The notes beneath the pieces are model-generated. The model worked only from the letters and a program-made list of their open reading frames with translations, made no database searches and was not told the origin of the DNA. From assembly GCA_025963775.1 (NCBI GenBank), contig JAOQAD010000018.1:992-64991 (forward strand): DNA of 64,000 nucleotides. The letters are read 5' to 3'. The DNA comes from Bacteroidota bacterium (GTDB lineage: Bacteria > Bacteroidota > Bacteroidia > 2-12-FULL-35-15). This document shows positions 33,765 to 43,733 of this stretch, in pieces. How positions within the stretch are numbered: the first letter of the stretch is position 1; each line of letters opens with the position of its first letter. The position numbers were made by a program, and so were the translations under genes.

Positions 33765-34793
33765 TTAATTATAACATGCTTTAATACATCCTTGATTTAG
33801 CATCCAAAAATAATATGTGCCAGAAAAAGGAATGTCAAGTTTTTTATGAATTTTACGATCAAAGTCAATAAAAACATCGTTTGAAATTACGACTAAATTT
33901 TTAAAATATCCATCTTCATAGTTTTCAAAGATAGTAGGTAATCCCTTACCTCGCCAACTCAAACCTGTTCTCGATTCAATTCCATCACGAAAAGCTGTTT
34001 CTAAAAGATCGGTGTTGTCTGTAAATAAATTTATCACCTTATTTAAGAAACCTTCAGTAAATGATTTTATAATTCCCCTTCCATTATCAACAAAGGAAAA
34101 CTTAACTTGTTTGTTTTCTTCATCATGACTAATGGCGAAATGCCATATAATATTATTTTCATGCCTAAAGGCATGGTCGCAACTATTCCTCATCATTTCG
34201 TAAATAGCGCCTCTCATAGGAGGATTCCTTCCTTTTTCTCCCCAAACTGTTTCATTTGCTTTCCTCATTTCAGCGGAAAGGTTAACATTATCTGAGGTTT
34301 TTCCACCGGTTTTTAATATGGTATTTTTAGAATTTTGATTTCTGATTTCGATGTGCCCTTGCATATGTTTGAAAAATCCAGATTTTTCTAAAATGTCGCG
34401 TTCCGGACCATCTTTCGGTTTCTTTCCTTTTATTAATATCCCATTCTTTTGTAACTCTTCTGTTACTGAAAGAAGCATGGCTATTGCACCTTCTCCTATT
34501 TCTGTTACATCTTCAAGAATTATGTTGATGTTTCTTCCTTTTTTTCCTAAATCTTTTATCTCGTTAATATAATTAATCACTCCATTGCAATTTTCATATT
34601 GTAAATTGAATTTCGCGGGTGCTCTCTTATCCGTAAATATGGGAGGTGGAATAATTGGACGGAAAGGAAATCCCGGTTGTAAAGTACTGCCTTGTCCTTT
34701 ATATATTTTATGCTTTCTCTTAACAAAATTTCTTAATTCCTTTTTAGAGCGATTTTCTAAATGGCGGACGTTTTGTCTAGTGATTTTTTTCAT
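33765..34793 (-). CDS. GHKL (HATPase_c, RsbW/SpoIIAB-like) ATPase/kinase with an N-terminal STAS-like domain
   Basis: N-box AIYEMMRNSCDHAF, G1 box FVDNGRGI, G2-like SWRGKGLPTI. N-terminal NIILEDVTEIGEGAIAMLLSVTEELQKNGILI..ILEKSGFFKHM resembles anti-sigma-antagonist (STAS) domains. Confidence 0.65.
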   Translation of the reverse strand: MKKITRQNVRHLENRSKKELRNFVKRKHKIYKGQGSTLQPGFPFRPIIPPPIFTDKRAPAKFNLQYENCNGVINYINEIKDLGKKGRNINIILEDVTEIGEGAIAMLLSVTEELQKNGILIKGKKPKDGPERDILEKSGFFKHMQGHIEIRNQNSKNTILKTGGKTSDNVNLSAEMRKANETVWGEKGRNPPMRGAIYEMMRNSCDHAFRHENNIIWHFAISHDEENKQVKFSFVDNGRGIIKSFTEGFLNKVINLFTDNTDLLETAFRDGIESRTGLSWRGKGLPTIFENYEDGYFKNLVVISNDVFIDFDRKIHKKLDIPFSGTYYFWMLNQGCIKACYN

Positions 34794-34902
34794 TTAAGGA
34801 TATTCAAATATAGGTCTTTGTAAATTAATGACATATATGATACGATGAGATTTTTTTAAATGGATAAACTTATCAACTGTCCCCTCTACTGTCCCCCAAA
34901 AA

Positions 34903-34935
34903 CAAAAAGCCCTGCAAATGTATTATTTGCAGGGC
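34903..34935 (-). terminator. intrinsic terminator of tRNA-Phe (island-encoded)
   Basis: gccctgcaaat-gtatt-atttgcagggc with aaaaa on the plus strand. Confidence 0.7.
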
Positions 34936-34951
34936 TTCTGTTTTTGAACTG

Positions 34952-35024
34952 TGGTGCCTCCAGGGATCGAACCAGGGACACAAGGATTTTCAGTCCTTTG
35001 CTCTACCATCTGAGCTAAGGCACC
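34952..35024 (-). tRNA. tRNA-Phe (GAA)
   Basis: Reverse complement GGTGCCTTAGCTCAGATGGTAGAGCAAAGGACTGAAAATCCTTGTGTCCCTGGTTCGATCCCTGGAGGCACCA. It folds as a cloverleaf with anticodon loop CTGAAAA. CCA is not encoded. Confidence 0.95.
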
Positions 35025-35117
35025 AGCTCATTTATTCGGAGGGCAAATGTAATCAATATTTTTATTTCACAAAAAATTATTTTACGCACTCCTGCGCTTA
35101 TTTCGTAGTTTTGTGAT

Positions 35118-35849
35118 ATGCAATTAGTTATCGATATTGGCAATACCCGCGTAAAAGCCGCTGTATTCGAACAAAAGGAGCTCCGCCATTTTTATGTGTT
35201 TGCCTCCACCGATGAACTGCTGAATGCTGATCTTATCAGCAAACATTCCCTCAAACGCTGTATTATTGGCTCTGTGGTCAATGAAATTGAGCCTTTTGTA
35301 AAAGAGCTCCGAAAGCAGGTTCCCGTGCTGCTGTTCAATTCTGAAACCCCGGTCCCGCTGAAAAACCTGTACAGGTCGGCACATACACTGGGCAGCGACC
35401 GCCTTGCAGCTGCTATCGGCGGAAACGCGCAGGCTCCCGGGCTGGACATCCTCGTGATCGATGCCGGCACCTGCATCAAGTACAATTTTGTGAATGCTGC
35501 CAATGAGTACATCGGTGGCGCCATTTCGCCCGGACTGCAGATGCGCTTCAAAGCAATGAATTACTATACTTCCCGTTTACCCTTACTGGAAGCGGATGAA
35601 AATTATACGGAGCTCATCGGTGCCGATTCCCGGGAAAGCATACTGGCAGGGGCTCAGCTGGGTGCTGTGGCTGAAGTGGATGGATTTATTGAGCAGTACA
35701 GGCAACGTTTTAACAAAATTAAGGTCTTTTTAACAGGCGGAGATGCCGATTTTTTTGCCAGTCGGCTAAAAAACCCCATCTTTGCAGACCAATTTCTGAT
35801 CCTCAAAGGATTGAATGAAATTTTAGAATACAAAAAAGACAGTATATAA
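35118..35849 (+). CDS. coaX: type III pantothenate kinase
   Basis: MQLVIDIGNTRVKAAVF N-terminus, ~243 aa, GGDA near the C-terminus. A TAgtTTTG box at 35106..35113 lies just upstream. Confidence 0.85.
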   Translation: MQLVIDIGNTRVKAAVFEQKELRHFYVFASTDELLNADLISKHSLKRCIIGSVVNEIEPFVKELRKQVPVLLFNSETPVPLKNLYRSAHTLGSDRLAAAIGGNAQAPGLDILVIDAGTCIKYNFVNAANEYIGGAISPGLQMRFKAMNYYTSRLPLLEADENYTELIGADSRESILAGAQLGAVAEVDGFIEQYRQRFNKIKVFLTGGDADFFASRLKNPIFADQFLILKGLNEILEYKKDSI

Positions 35850-35856
35850 TTATCCT

Positions 35857-37410
35857 ATGATCATTCCAGGCGCTAAGCTTAAATCCTTTATCATCCCCTT
35901 TCTTTTATTTTTCGCCCTGTACGCGCCCAAAGCTTCCGCACAATCCACCAGCTCGCCATATTCGCGCTATGGGATCGGTGATGTGAACAACAAAGTGTTC
36001 GGCCAGGGATTTGCAATGGGAGGTACTTCGCTTGCCATTCAGAACGATACCATTCCACAGACCTTTTCGCAGTTCTTTACAAATTCAAATCCTGCTTCGT
36101 ATACAGGCGTGCAGTACACAACGGCTGAGCTCGGGCTGAACTATAACCGCATGCGCCTGCAAAGCTCCGACACCCGCAAGAATGTGAACAACGCCTCTTT
36201 CGGTTATGTGGCCATTGCTTTCCCTTTCAAAAGATGGTGGGCAGGAAGTTTCGGACTGATCCCGTACAGCTCTGTAGGTTACAATGTGATCGACGACCAG
36301 GAGATCCCGAATGTAGGGACTGTTGATTATACCTATGAAGGAAGCGGCGGCGTGAGCCAGGCATACATCGGCACTGCATTGAAGCCTTTTTACGGTTTGC
36401 CGCGGATGTTCATCGGGAGCGACAACTACAGGCGGCTGATGTCCCACAGGGATAAATCGCGTGAGCAGATCTATGAGGATTGGAGAAAAGCAAAGCGCAT
36501 CCTTAATGTAAAGAAGTTCCTGAAAACAGCCTCATTCGGTGCAAACGGCTCTTACCTTTTCGGGAATATCGAGAATTCACGCACTTCTGTTTTCTCAAGT
36601 TCCAGCACATTCAATGCAAGGACCGGAACCACCACACGCTTTGGCGATGTGTATTTCGATTACGGATTCCAGGTAGCATACACAATAGATTCCGTAAGGC
36701 ATCGCAACCCTATGTACAACAGGGATTCCGCAAGGCTTGACCCAAGGTATGATTCTGTGGTCAAATTCAGGTACCGGGACCTTGAAGAAAATGTGCAGTT
36801 ACTGTTCGGGGCAAATTTCGCTGCACAAACCGACATCAGCGCGAAGATCGACAGTCTTTCCGTGACTTATTTTCATAGTCCCGCAGGCTACGACATTGTT
36901 AAAGATACCGTTGAATTTGTAGAAGGCCATAAAGGAACTGTTACGCTGCCATTATCGTTCGGAGTGGGCATTGGCTTTAAGAAAGGCACCCGCTGGCTTG
37001 TCGCTGCCGATTTCTCCATGCAGAACTGGAGCAGCTTCCAGGCATTTAACCAGTCGCAGGGATTAAAGAACAGCATGCGTGTATCGCTTGGCGCACAGTA
37101 CATTCCGAAGAAGGATGCACCGGGAATGAAAAATTATTTAAAGCGCGTTAATTACCGTTTCGGCGGCAGGTACATGCAAACTTCGCTGGAGCTGAAAAAT
37201 TCACAGCTTACAGAATACTCGTTCACATTCGGTTTTGGTTTCCCTGTTGCAAGCAATTACACCATCAGGAGCTTCTCGATGGTGAACATCGGCTTCGAGA
37301 TCGGAGAGCGCGGCACTGTCAGCAACGGGCTCATCAAAGAGCAATTCTTTAGGACAACCATCGGCTTCACCATCAACGACCGCTGGTTCCAAAAAACAAA
37401 ATTCGATTAA
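35857..37410 (+). CDS. outer-membrane beta-barrel protein (uncharacterised porin-like)
   Basis: Signal peptide and alternating-hydrophobicity strands rich in aromatic/Gly residues. Sits between coaX and lptC. Confidence 0.55.
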   Translation: MIIPGAKLKSFIIPFLLFFALYAPKASAQSTSSPYSRYGIGDVNNKVFGQGFAMGGTSLAIQNDTIPQTFSQFFTNSNPASYTGVQYTTAELGLNYNRMRLQSSDTRKNVNNASFGYVAIAFPFKRWWAGSFGLIPYSSVGYNVIDDQEIPNVGTVDYTYEGSGGVSQAYIGTALKPFYGLPRMFIGSDNYRRLMSHRDKSREQIYEDWRKAKRILNVKKFLKTASFGANGSYLFGNIENSRTSVFSSSSTFNARTGTTTRFGDVYFDYGFQVAYTIDSVRHRNPMYNRDSARLDPRYDSVVKFRYRDLEENVQLLFGANFAAQTDISAKIDSLSVTYFHSPAGYDIVKDTVEFVEGHKGTVTLPLSFGVGIGFKKGTRWLVAADFSMQNWSSFQAFNQSQGLKNSMRVSLGAQYIPKKDAPGMKNYLKRVNYRFGGRYMQTSLELKNSQLTEYSFTFGFGFPVASNYTIRSFSMVNIGFEIGERGTVSNGLIKEQFFRTTIGFTINDRWFQKTKFD

Positions 37411-37441
37411 GCCACAGGGCATTTCCCCTGGCCCCTGAAGC

Positions 37442-38041
37442 ATGCGTATTTCGACCATCTATACCCGGCTCCTTCCTTTTCTCCTGCTGCTTTTCTTTGC
37501 TGCATGCGAGAATGATATTGCCGTGGTGAATTCCGTCACTTCCGCCACCGAAAAGCAATTGCCCCTCGAATCGGGAAAGAACGTGGAGATGCTGTACAGC
37601 GATTCTGCCATCGTCCGCGCCAAGCTCAATACCCCGCAAATGGACCGTTACATGGGCAAAAAGAATTACATGGAAATGCCGAAAGGCATGCTCGTGATCT
37701 TTTACAACAACCTCGGGCTGGAAGAGAACAGGCTGAAAGCCGATTATGGAATAGGCTATGACAACGGGAAAGGAATGGACAAGATGGAAGCAAAGCGCCA
37801 TGTGCTGGTGGTGAACCAGAAAGGCGATAAGCTGGAAACGGAGCACCTTACCTGGGATGCGGCCACGAAAGAGATCTACACAGATAAATTTGTGAAGATC
37901 ACCACCAAGGAAGAAGTGATCTGGGGAGAAGGCTTAAAAGCCAACCAGGACTTTTCAAAATACGAGATCATTCATCCGCAGGGCGTGATCCAGGTGCCCG
38001 ATAAACAATTCAATGAACAGACCAATACCGAAACAAAATGA
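37442..38041 (+). CDS. lptC: LPS export periplasmic protein LptC (lipoprotein form)
   Basis: LLLLFFAAC lipobox. Size and the pattern ...LETEHLTWDAATKEIYTDKFVKITTKEEVIWGEGLKANQDFSKYEI are typical of Bacteroidota LptC. Confidence 0.65.
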   Translation: MRISTIYTRLLPFLLLLFFAACENDIAVVNSVTSATEKQLPLESGKNVEMLYSDSAIVRAKLNTPQMDRYMGKKNYMEMPKGMLVIFYNNLGLEENRLKADYGIGYDNGKGMDKMEAKRHVLVVNQKGDKLETEHLTWDAATKEIYTDKFVKITTKEEVIWGEGLKANQDFSKYEIIHPQGVIQVPDKQFNEQTNTETK

Positions 38042-38250
38042 ACAAAACATTCAGAATTCTTGAGATCCTCTGGCTCGTTATGGGCTGCATTGGCGTGCTG
38101 CTCTGCGCTTTCAATATAGCGGGGCAGGATAGGGGAAACTCCATATTTTTTCTTATTTTTACCTTTGCCTGCGGGCTGATGTATGCTGTGCGCCGTCGCC
38201 AGCGTATTAAGTTTGAAGCAGCAGAGCAGAAACAAAAAGAGCAAAAATAA
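38038..38250 (+). CDS. small two-TM membrane protein
   Basis: 70 aa. ATGA overlap with the lptC stop. Confidence 0.45.
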   Translation: MNKTFRILEILWLVMGCIGVLLCAFNIAGQDRGNSIFFLIFTFACGLMYAVRRRQRIKFEAAEQKQKEQK

Positions 38251-39520
38251 ACAGACCTTGCACAGTTCCGTCATTATCCTGATCACGCTTATCGCTTCAG
38301 CCTTCTTTTCAGGCCTGGAGATCGCCTTCATTACTTCCAACAAGCTGCGCATCGAGCTGGAAAGCAAGCAGGGCAACTTCTCCGCGAAGATCCTCGCTTA
38401 TTTCAGCAAATATCCATCGCGTTACCTCGGCACCATGCTGCTGGGAAATAACATTGCGCTGGTGATCTTCGGAATGAAAATGGATGGTGAGCTGGAAGCA
38501 TTCTTTCACGGTTATGTTGCCTCACACATCCTTGTTAAATTAATTGCGACGTTTCTTTCTACTATGCTCATCCTGGTAACAGCCGAGTTCCTGCCCAAAA
38601 CCATCTTCCGCATCAACCCGAATAAAACGCTGAGCCTTTTCGCATTCCCGCTCACCATTGTGTACGGCGTGCTGTACCCGGTTGTGATGATCACCATCGG
38701 GCTTTCGGAATTCATCCTCAAGAAAATTTTCCGCGTAAAGATCGAGAAGGAAAATGCGGCCTTCACCATGATCGACCTTGATAATTATGTGCGGGAAGGA
38801 ACTTCTGCAGCCGAGAAAAAGGTGGGCATGGACCACGAGATCCAGATCTTCCAGAATGCCCTCGATTTTTCAAGTGTAAAGGCAAGGGAATGCATGATCC
38901 CGCGCACAGAAATTGTGGCGATGGACGTGAATGGCTCACTGGCCGACCTAAAGCAGAAATTCATACAGTCGCGCTTGTCGAAGATCCTTGTTTACCACGA
39001 AAGCATCGATAACATTATCGGCTATGTGTATTCAAAGGAGATGTTCAAAAAGCCGGAGAACATCCGCAGCATTCTTCTTCCCGTAAGCGTTGTGCCGGAA
39101 TCGATGGCGGCAAGCGAAGTGCTAACCGTTTTTATCCAGCAGCACAAGAGCATTGTGGTGGTGGTGGATGAGTTCGGCGGAACTTCCGGGATCCTTACCA
39201 TGGAGGATGTGATGGAGGAGATCTTCGGCGAGATCGAAGATGAGCATGATAAGGAAGAAACGATTGAAAAGCAGGTCTCCGAAACGGAATTCGTGTTCTC
39301 ATCGCGGCTCGAAACAGATTACATCAACAGTAAATACCACCTGCACCTTCCATTGTTCGATCACGTGGAAACGCTCGGCGGGCTCATCATGCATTACCAT
39401 GAAAGCATTCCGCGGGTCAATGAAGAGATCCGGATCGAAAATTTCCTCTTTACCATCATCGGGGTTTCCCGTACCCGCATCGAGGTGGTTAATCTCAAGG
39501 TTCAAAAATCAAGCGATTGA
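38183..39520 (+). CDS. CNNM/DUF21-CBS-CorC_HlyC family membrane protein (TlyC/GldE-like)
   Basis: [20 protein letters not shown] (DUF21), a CBS pair, and a C-terminal CorC_HlyC-like end. The true start is uncertain; an in-frame TTG at 38258 would avoid overlap with the upstream small ORF. Confidence 0.8.
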   Translation: MLCAVASVLSLKQQSRNKKSKNKQTLHSSVIILITLIASAFFSGLEIAFITSNKLRIELESKQGNFSAKILAYFSKYPSRYLGTMLLGNNIALVIFGMKMDGELEAFFHGYVASHILVKLIATFLSTMLILVTAEFLPKTIFRINPNKTLSLFAFPLTIVYGVLYPVVMITIGLSEFILKKIFRVKIEKENAAFTMIDLDNYVREGTSAAEKKVGMDHEIQIFQNALDFSSVKARECMIPRTEIVAMDVNGSLADLKQKFIQSRLSKILVYHESIDNIIGYVYSKEMFKKPENIRSILLPVSVVPESMAASEVLTVFIQQHKSIVVVVDEFGGTSGILTMEDVMEEIFGEIEDEHDKEETIEKQVSETEFVFSSRLETDYINSKYHLHLPLFDHVETLGGLIMHYHESIPRVNEEIRIENFLFTIIGVSRTRIEVVNLKVQKSSD

Positions 39521-39666
39521 TTATCAGTCGGTTAATTCTTTGAAAAACCTGATTTATTTTCAATAAAATTTTCACAATTTGCTTAAGAATCTTATATTTG
39601 CAACCCTTAACAGGGCAAGTACTGCACAGGATTTGGATAAGAATCAACAATTAGAAAAAATTTAAG

Positions 39667-41874
39667 ATGAGTAACAATAAGATGAGCATTTTAGAAAGGT
39701 TGCGTAAGCGTTCGGGTTTACTGGTGGCTATTGTAGGTATAGCGCTGATGGCATTCGTGTTAACAGGTTTGTTCAGCTCGCCGAACTCCATTTTCGGAGG
39801 TGGCGGACAAATGGTTGGCGAGATCGCTGGCCATAAGATCAAATACGAAACATTCAAGCCGAAAGTGGAAGAGGCGATCGAGAACCAGAAGCGCAACAGC
39901 GGAAAAACAACTCTTTCTGAAAGCGAGACTGACGGGATCGTTCAGCAGGTATGGAACCAGCAGATCAATGAATTTGTAATGACCAAAGAGTACGAAAAGC
40001 TCGGCATTGCAGTTTCCGATGAAGAATTATACGACCTCATGGTGGAGCATCCTCACACTGCATTGGTTCGCCAGTTAAGCGATCCGCAGACAGGACGCGC
40101 AGTGCAGCGTTTCGCTGACCCGCAGACAGGGCAGCTCAGCCCTGCAAAGCTGAGAGAGTTCACCCAGTCCATGACCGATGAAGAAGAAGCACAGTGGGCA
40201 CAGCTGGAGAATTACATCCGCCAGGTACGCATCATTGAAAAATACAACAACCTCGTTAAAAAAGGATTGTATGTTACCACTGCAGTTACCAAGCGCGATT
40301 ACCTTGCACAGAACACCAATGCAAACATTAAATACATAATTAAAAATTACAAGCTGGTGGCCGACAGCACCATCAAGCCTACAGATGCAGAGCTGAATGA
40401 GTATTACAGCTCGCACCAGAGCGAGTTCAAACAGGAAGCTTCCCGCAAAATAGAATACGTTTCATACGACATTGCCCCTTCGCAGGAAGATTTTGACAAT
40501 GCGAAAAAGGACCTGGAAAAAGTAGCAGCAGATTTCAAAGAGCAAAAAAACGGGGAGGATTCTTCATTTGTTGTTTCTGAATCCGACAGCCGTTTCTTCG
40601 ACATGAGCTACCACACCCCGGGAACATTATCGCCACAGATCGATACCATGATGTTTAAAGCAGACGTAGGCACTGTATACGGGCCTTACCTGGAGAACGG
40701 AACCTTTCTTATTGCCAAGCTGACCGCTGCAAAAACATCTGCAGACTCTGCAAAGATCCGTCACCTTCTTGTTGCTTATGCAGGTTCCGGCGCTTCTGAT
40801 ACAAAACGCACAAAAGAGCAGGCAAAGAAATTAGCAGACAGCTTACTGGCTGCTATCAAAGGCGGTAAAGGAAAGTTCACCGACCTCGTTGAAAAATATT
40901 CCGATGACCGCGGTAAAACAAAACCGGCTGATAAAAAAGACGGTGAGTATTACATGGGTAAAGGCGGGGATTACGGATGGGTGAATCCAAAAAGCCGTTT
41001 CGTTCCTGAATTCATCGATGCAGGCCTCGATAACAAAAAAGGAGATGTCGTGATCGCGGAATCCAGCTTCGGGTACCACATCATTGAAGTGCTTGATACA
41101 AAAGGTTCACAGAAAAAAGTGCGCGTTGCAACCATTGATAAAAAAGTGGAGCCAAGCTCGAAAACAATTACAACTGTTTATGCCGAAGCAAACAAATTCT
41201 CAGGCACAAACACTACCAACGAATTGTTCCAGAAAGCAGTTATTGACCAGAAGCTGAACAAGCGCATTGCCGATAACATCAAAGAAAATGACAGGACGAT
41301 CGCAGGTTTGGAAAACCCGAAAACACTCATTCGCTGGGCATACGAAAACAAAAAAGGAACTGTATCCGAGCCACTGGAATTCGGCTCCAAATACATTGTT
41401 GCAGTGCTTACCGATGTAAGGGAAAAGGGAATTGCACCAATGGAAGATGTGAAGGATGCACTGACAGAGAAAGTTGTCCGCCAGAAAAAAGCGGAGATGT
41501 TCACCAAAGAGTTCAACGATGCGCTGGCAGGCGGTGCCGATATCAATGCAGTAGCTGCAAAACTGAAGCTGCCTGTAGAGCAGGCGCCAAATGTGAACTT
41601 CAACACTGCTGCAATCCCGGGATCTACCAATGAGCCTGCCGTGATCGGGGTGATCTCTACCATGAAAGCAAAAACATTAAGCAAGCCGGTTACCGGAAGA
41701 GAAGGCGTGATCCTCGTGTATGTAGATGCTGTAACTCCTGCTCCTGAACAAAAGGATTACAAAGCGCAGCAGGCAATGCAGATCTCCCAGATGCAGCCAC
41801 GCGTGGATTATGAAGTGTTTGATGCCTTAAAGGAAAATGCAAACATCTCAGAACACATCGTTAAGTTTTTCTAA
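39667..41874 (+). CDS. PpiD/SurA-like membrane-anchored peptidyl-prolyl isomerase/chaperone
   Basis: N-terminal anchor LLVAIVGIALMAFVL. Parvulin-like segment ...SSFGYHIIEVLD. Confidence 0.75.
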   Translation: MSNNKMSILERLRKRSGLLVAIVGIALMAFVLTGLFSSPNSIFGGGGQMVGEIAGHKIKYETFKPKVEEAIENQKRNSGKTTLSESETDGIVQQVWNQQINEFVMTKEYEKLGIAVSDEELYDLMVEHPHTALVRQLSDPQTGRAVQRFADPQTGQLSPAKLREFTQSMTDEEEAQWAQLENYIRQVRIIEKYNNLVKKGLYVTTAVTKRDYLAQNTNANIKYIIKNYKLVADSTIKPTDAELNEYYSSHQSEFKQEASRKIEYVSYDIAPSQEDFDNAKKDLEKVAADFKEQKNGEDSSFVVSESDSRFFDMSYHTPGTLSPQIDTMMFKADVGTVYGPYLENGTFLIAKLTAAKTSADSAKIRHLLVAYAGSGASDTKRTKEQAKKLADSLLAAIKGGKGKFTDLVEKYSDDRGKTKPADKKDGEYYMGKGGDYGWVNPKSRFVPEFIDAGLDNKKGDVVIAESSFGYHIIEVLDTKGSQKKVRVATIDKKVEPSSKTITTVYAEANKFSGTNTTNELFQKAVIDQKLNKRIADNIKENDRTIAGLENPKTLIRWAYENKKGTVSEPLEFGSKYIVAVLTDVREKGIAPMEDVKDALTEKVVRQKKAEMFTKEFNDALAGGADINAVAAKLKLPVEQAPNVNFNTAAIPGSTNEPAVIGVISTMKAKTLSKPVTGREGVILVYVDAVTPAPEQKDYKAQQAMQISQMQPRVDYEVFDALKENANISEHIVKFF

Positions 41875-41896
41875 AATAAAGACAATACAATAAGTA

Positions 41897-41930
41897 AAAC
41901 GCCTCCGCAGATGTGGGGGCGTTTTTCGTT
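41897..41930 (+). terminator. intrinsic terminator
   Basis: aacgcctcc..gggggcgtt hairpin followed by tttcgtttt. Confidence 0.6.
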
Positions 41931-41978
41931 TTAAATAGTATATTTGAATAACAGGCTCCATCCTTATTACACAGACAC

Positions 41979-43280
41979 ATGAAAAGATCAGCAGCAATAC
42001 TCCTCCTTGCATTGGGCCTGTACGGCTGCGGTACTACCGCGAATGATAATCAGCTGGCCGCGCTGGTCCATGATCTGCACAGTACCGATGACACAACGCG
42101 TTTTAAAGCGCTTGAGCAGCTGGACAAGTTTGAGCCTGACGAGGAGCAGCAACGTGAAATGATGAAAGAAGCAGCTTCTGTATTTCCACCTGCAAAGAAT
42201 AAATGGGAAAGTATCCCGGGAAAAATAATTGAAGCCGCCACAAAGAAGCAAAACCCTTTACTGATCATTTCGGTGAAGGAATATTACGGCGATTACAGCA
42301 GATCCGCTAAAACAGCCGCCTTAAAATTCCTTTCAAATTACCCCGATGAAAAAGCAATTCAGCTGTATGTTGACCTGCTGCTGAAATATCCTTCGGAGGT
42401 AGAATACTTCTCCGCAGGGATCCTTGAAAAAGATCATACATATAAAGATGTGATCTTTCCCCGCCTGCTGGAGTTGCTGAAAGTTGAAACGCTCGACAGT
42501 GATGTGATGGCGCTGTTGCTGAATTACATTGATGCCGGACAGCTGGATCCTGCAAATTTCAAAAAGTATGTTCCGCAGTTTATGGCGCTGAGTAAGAAGA
42601 ACAGGGCGATCGTTGAAAAGCAGGAAGCACAGGACATCGATCTCTGGGAGGATGATGCGTACCAGTCTGCGTATTTCAAAGCAGGCCTTGTCGCCGACCT
42701 CCTCGGATATTTCAAAGAGGGAAATGTAACCGCCGAATTAAAAGCATACCTGACTGTAAAGAACATCAAGCTGAAAATGTTCGCGGTCAATTCACTTATC
42801 CGCCAGGATCAAAAGTTAGATGATGAAGTTATCAATTCAATTGCTGCTGATGCGGAAAGCAGGAATTGGTTCTATGATAATCTCGTAAGCCAGGGAAAGG
42901 AAGAGCTCTTCCCTTCCAACTATAAAACGCAGGAAGCCTTTGCTGAGAGCAACATGGTGAACTGGCTTATTTATCCGACCGAGCTGGGAAGGGCACCCGA
43001 TGCGATCGAGCTGATGAAAGTGGTCGAAACCGAATCAAATGATCCTGCTGAAGGAGTGGTGGAGTTTTACCTGTACCGCTTTAAAAGTGATCATCCCGAC
43101 TGGCAAAAAGATGGCTGGATGGCAGGCGTGGCGGGCTATTTCCTGAAAAAGGACAAGCCTTCAACAAATGTATACGGATATACATTCAGCACTTTCGAAA
43201 AATGGGATGATAAAACTCCCGATGAGCATGTGGCGGAGATCCGTGAGCTGCTGAAAGAAAATTATGAGAAGCAACATTAA
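41979..43280 (+). CDS. hypothetical lipoprotein (helical-repeat-like N-terminus)
   Basis: LLLALGLYGC lipobox. 433-aa ORF with core-like composition. Confidence 0.6.
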   Translation: MKRSAAILLLALGLYGCGTTANDNQLAALVHDLHSTDDTTRFKALEQLDKFEPDEEQQREMMKEAASVFPPAKNKWESIPGKIIEAATKKQNPLLIISVKEYYGDYSRSAKTAALKFLSNYPDEKAIQLYVDLLLKYPSEVEYFSAGILEKDHTYKDVIFPRLLELLKVETLDSDVMALLLNYIDAGQLDPANFKKYVPQFMALSKKNRAIVEKQEAQDIDLWEDDAYQSAYFKAGLVADLLGYFKEGNVTAELKAYLTVKNIKLKMFAVNSLIRQDQKLDDEVINSIAADAESRNWFYDNLVSQGKEELFPSNYKTQEAFAESNMVNWLIYPTELGRAPDAIELMKVVETESNDPAEGVVEFYLYRFKSDHPDWQKDGWMAGVAGYFLKKDKPSTNVYGYTFSTFEKWDDKTPDEHVAEIRELLKENYEKQH

Positions 43281-43284
43281 GCGA

Positions 43285-43689
43285 ATGAATAGCATCCGGA
43301 CTGTAATCATATCAACCCTACTGCTCCTTCTCTGTGCTTCGGTTCTGTGTGCACAGCCACGGCTCGAAGGGAAATACAGGCTAAAAACAAAGGTGCATTG
43401 TGCATTTTCTTATAACCTGTATGAAAAGTATGAATTAGAGCTGAACGTTGACAGCCTGTTTATTTTAAAAACATACAGTTATGTAAAAAATCAAAGGGCA
43501 GCGGAATTAAGGGAATATCATAAATACCGCGGGAACTGGAAAATAAAGCAGGATACATTGATGCTGCCCGGCATGGAGGAACTGAAGATCACCATAAAAA
43601 ATGGCCAGCTGTTCCTTGGTGGGGAGCAAATGCAAAGAAAGAAAGGATATTTTCTTTTCCGCCGGAAAACACACAGGCCTTTATTTTAA
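43285..43689 (+). CDS. hypothetical secreted protein
   Basis: ATG at 43285 gives MNSIRTVIISTLLLLLCASVLCAQ. Confidence 0.5.
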   Translation: MNSIRTVIISTLLLLLCASVLCAQPRLEGKYRLKTKVHCAFSYNLYEKYELELNVDSLFILKTYSYVKNQRAAELREYHKYRGNWKIKQDTLMLPGMEELKITIKNGQLFLGGEQMQRKKGYFLFRRKTHRPLF

Positions 43690-43733
43690 TACAAAGCTCC
43701 GGTATCCTTTCCGCTTTTTTTCGTTATGATCAT

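Larger units (their letters stand above)
23694..34951. mobile_element. ~11.3-kb integrative genomic island inserted in tRNA-Phe
   Basis: Bounded by the direct repeats. A tyrosine integrase and an excisionase-like HTH gene sit at one end and the intact tRNA at the other. The interior is AT-rich. Confidence 0.8.

Noticed and set aside
38183-39520. Naming this gene gldE (gliding motility).
   Set aside because: The domain set (DUF21-CBS-CorC_HlyC) is shared by generic TlyC/CNNM proteins. The synteny here (lptC upstream, ppiD-like downstream, no gldD) fits the housekeeping paralogue, so no symbol is assigned.
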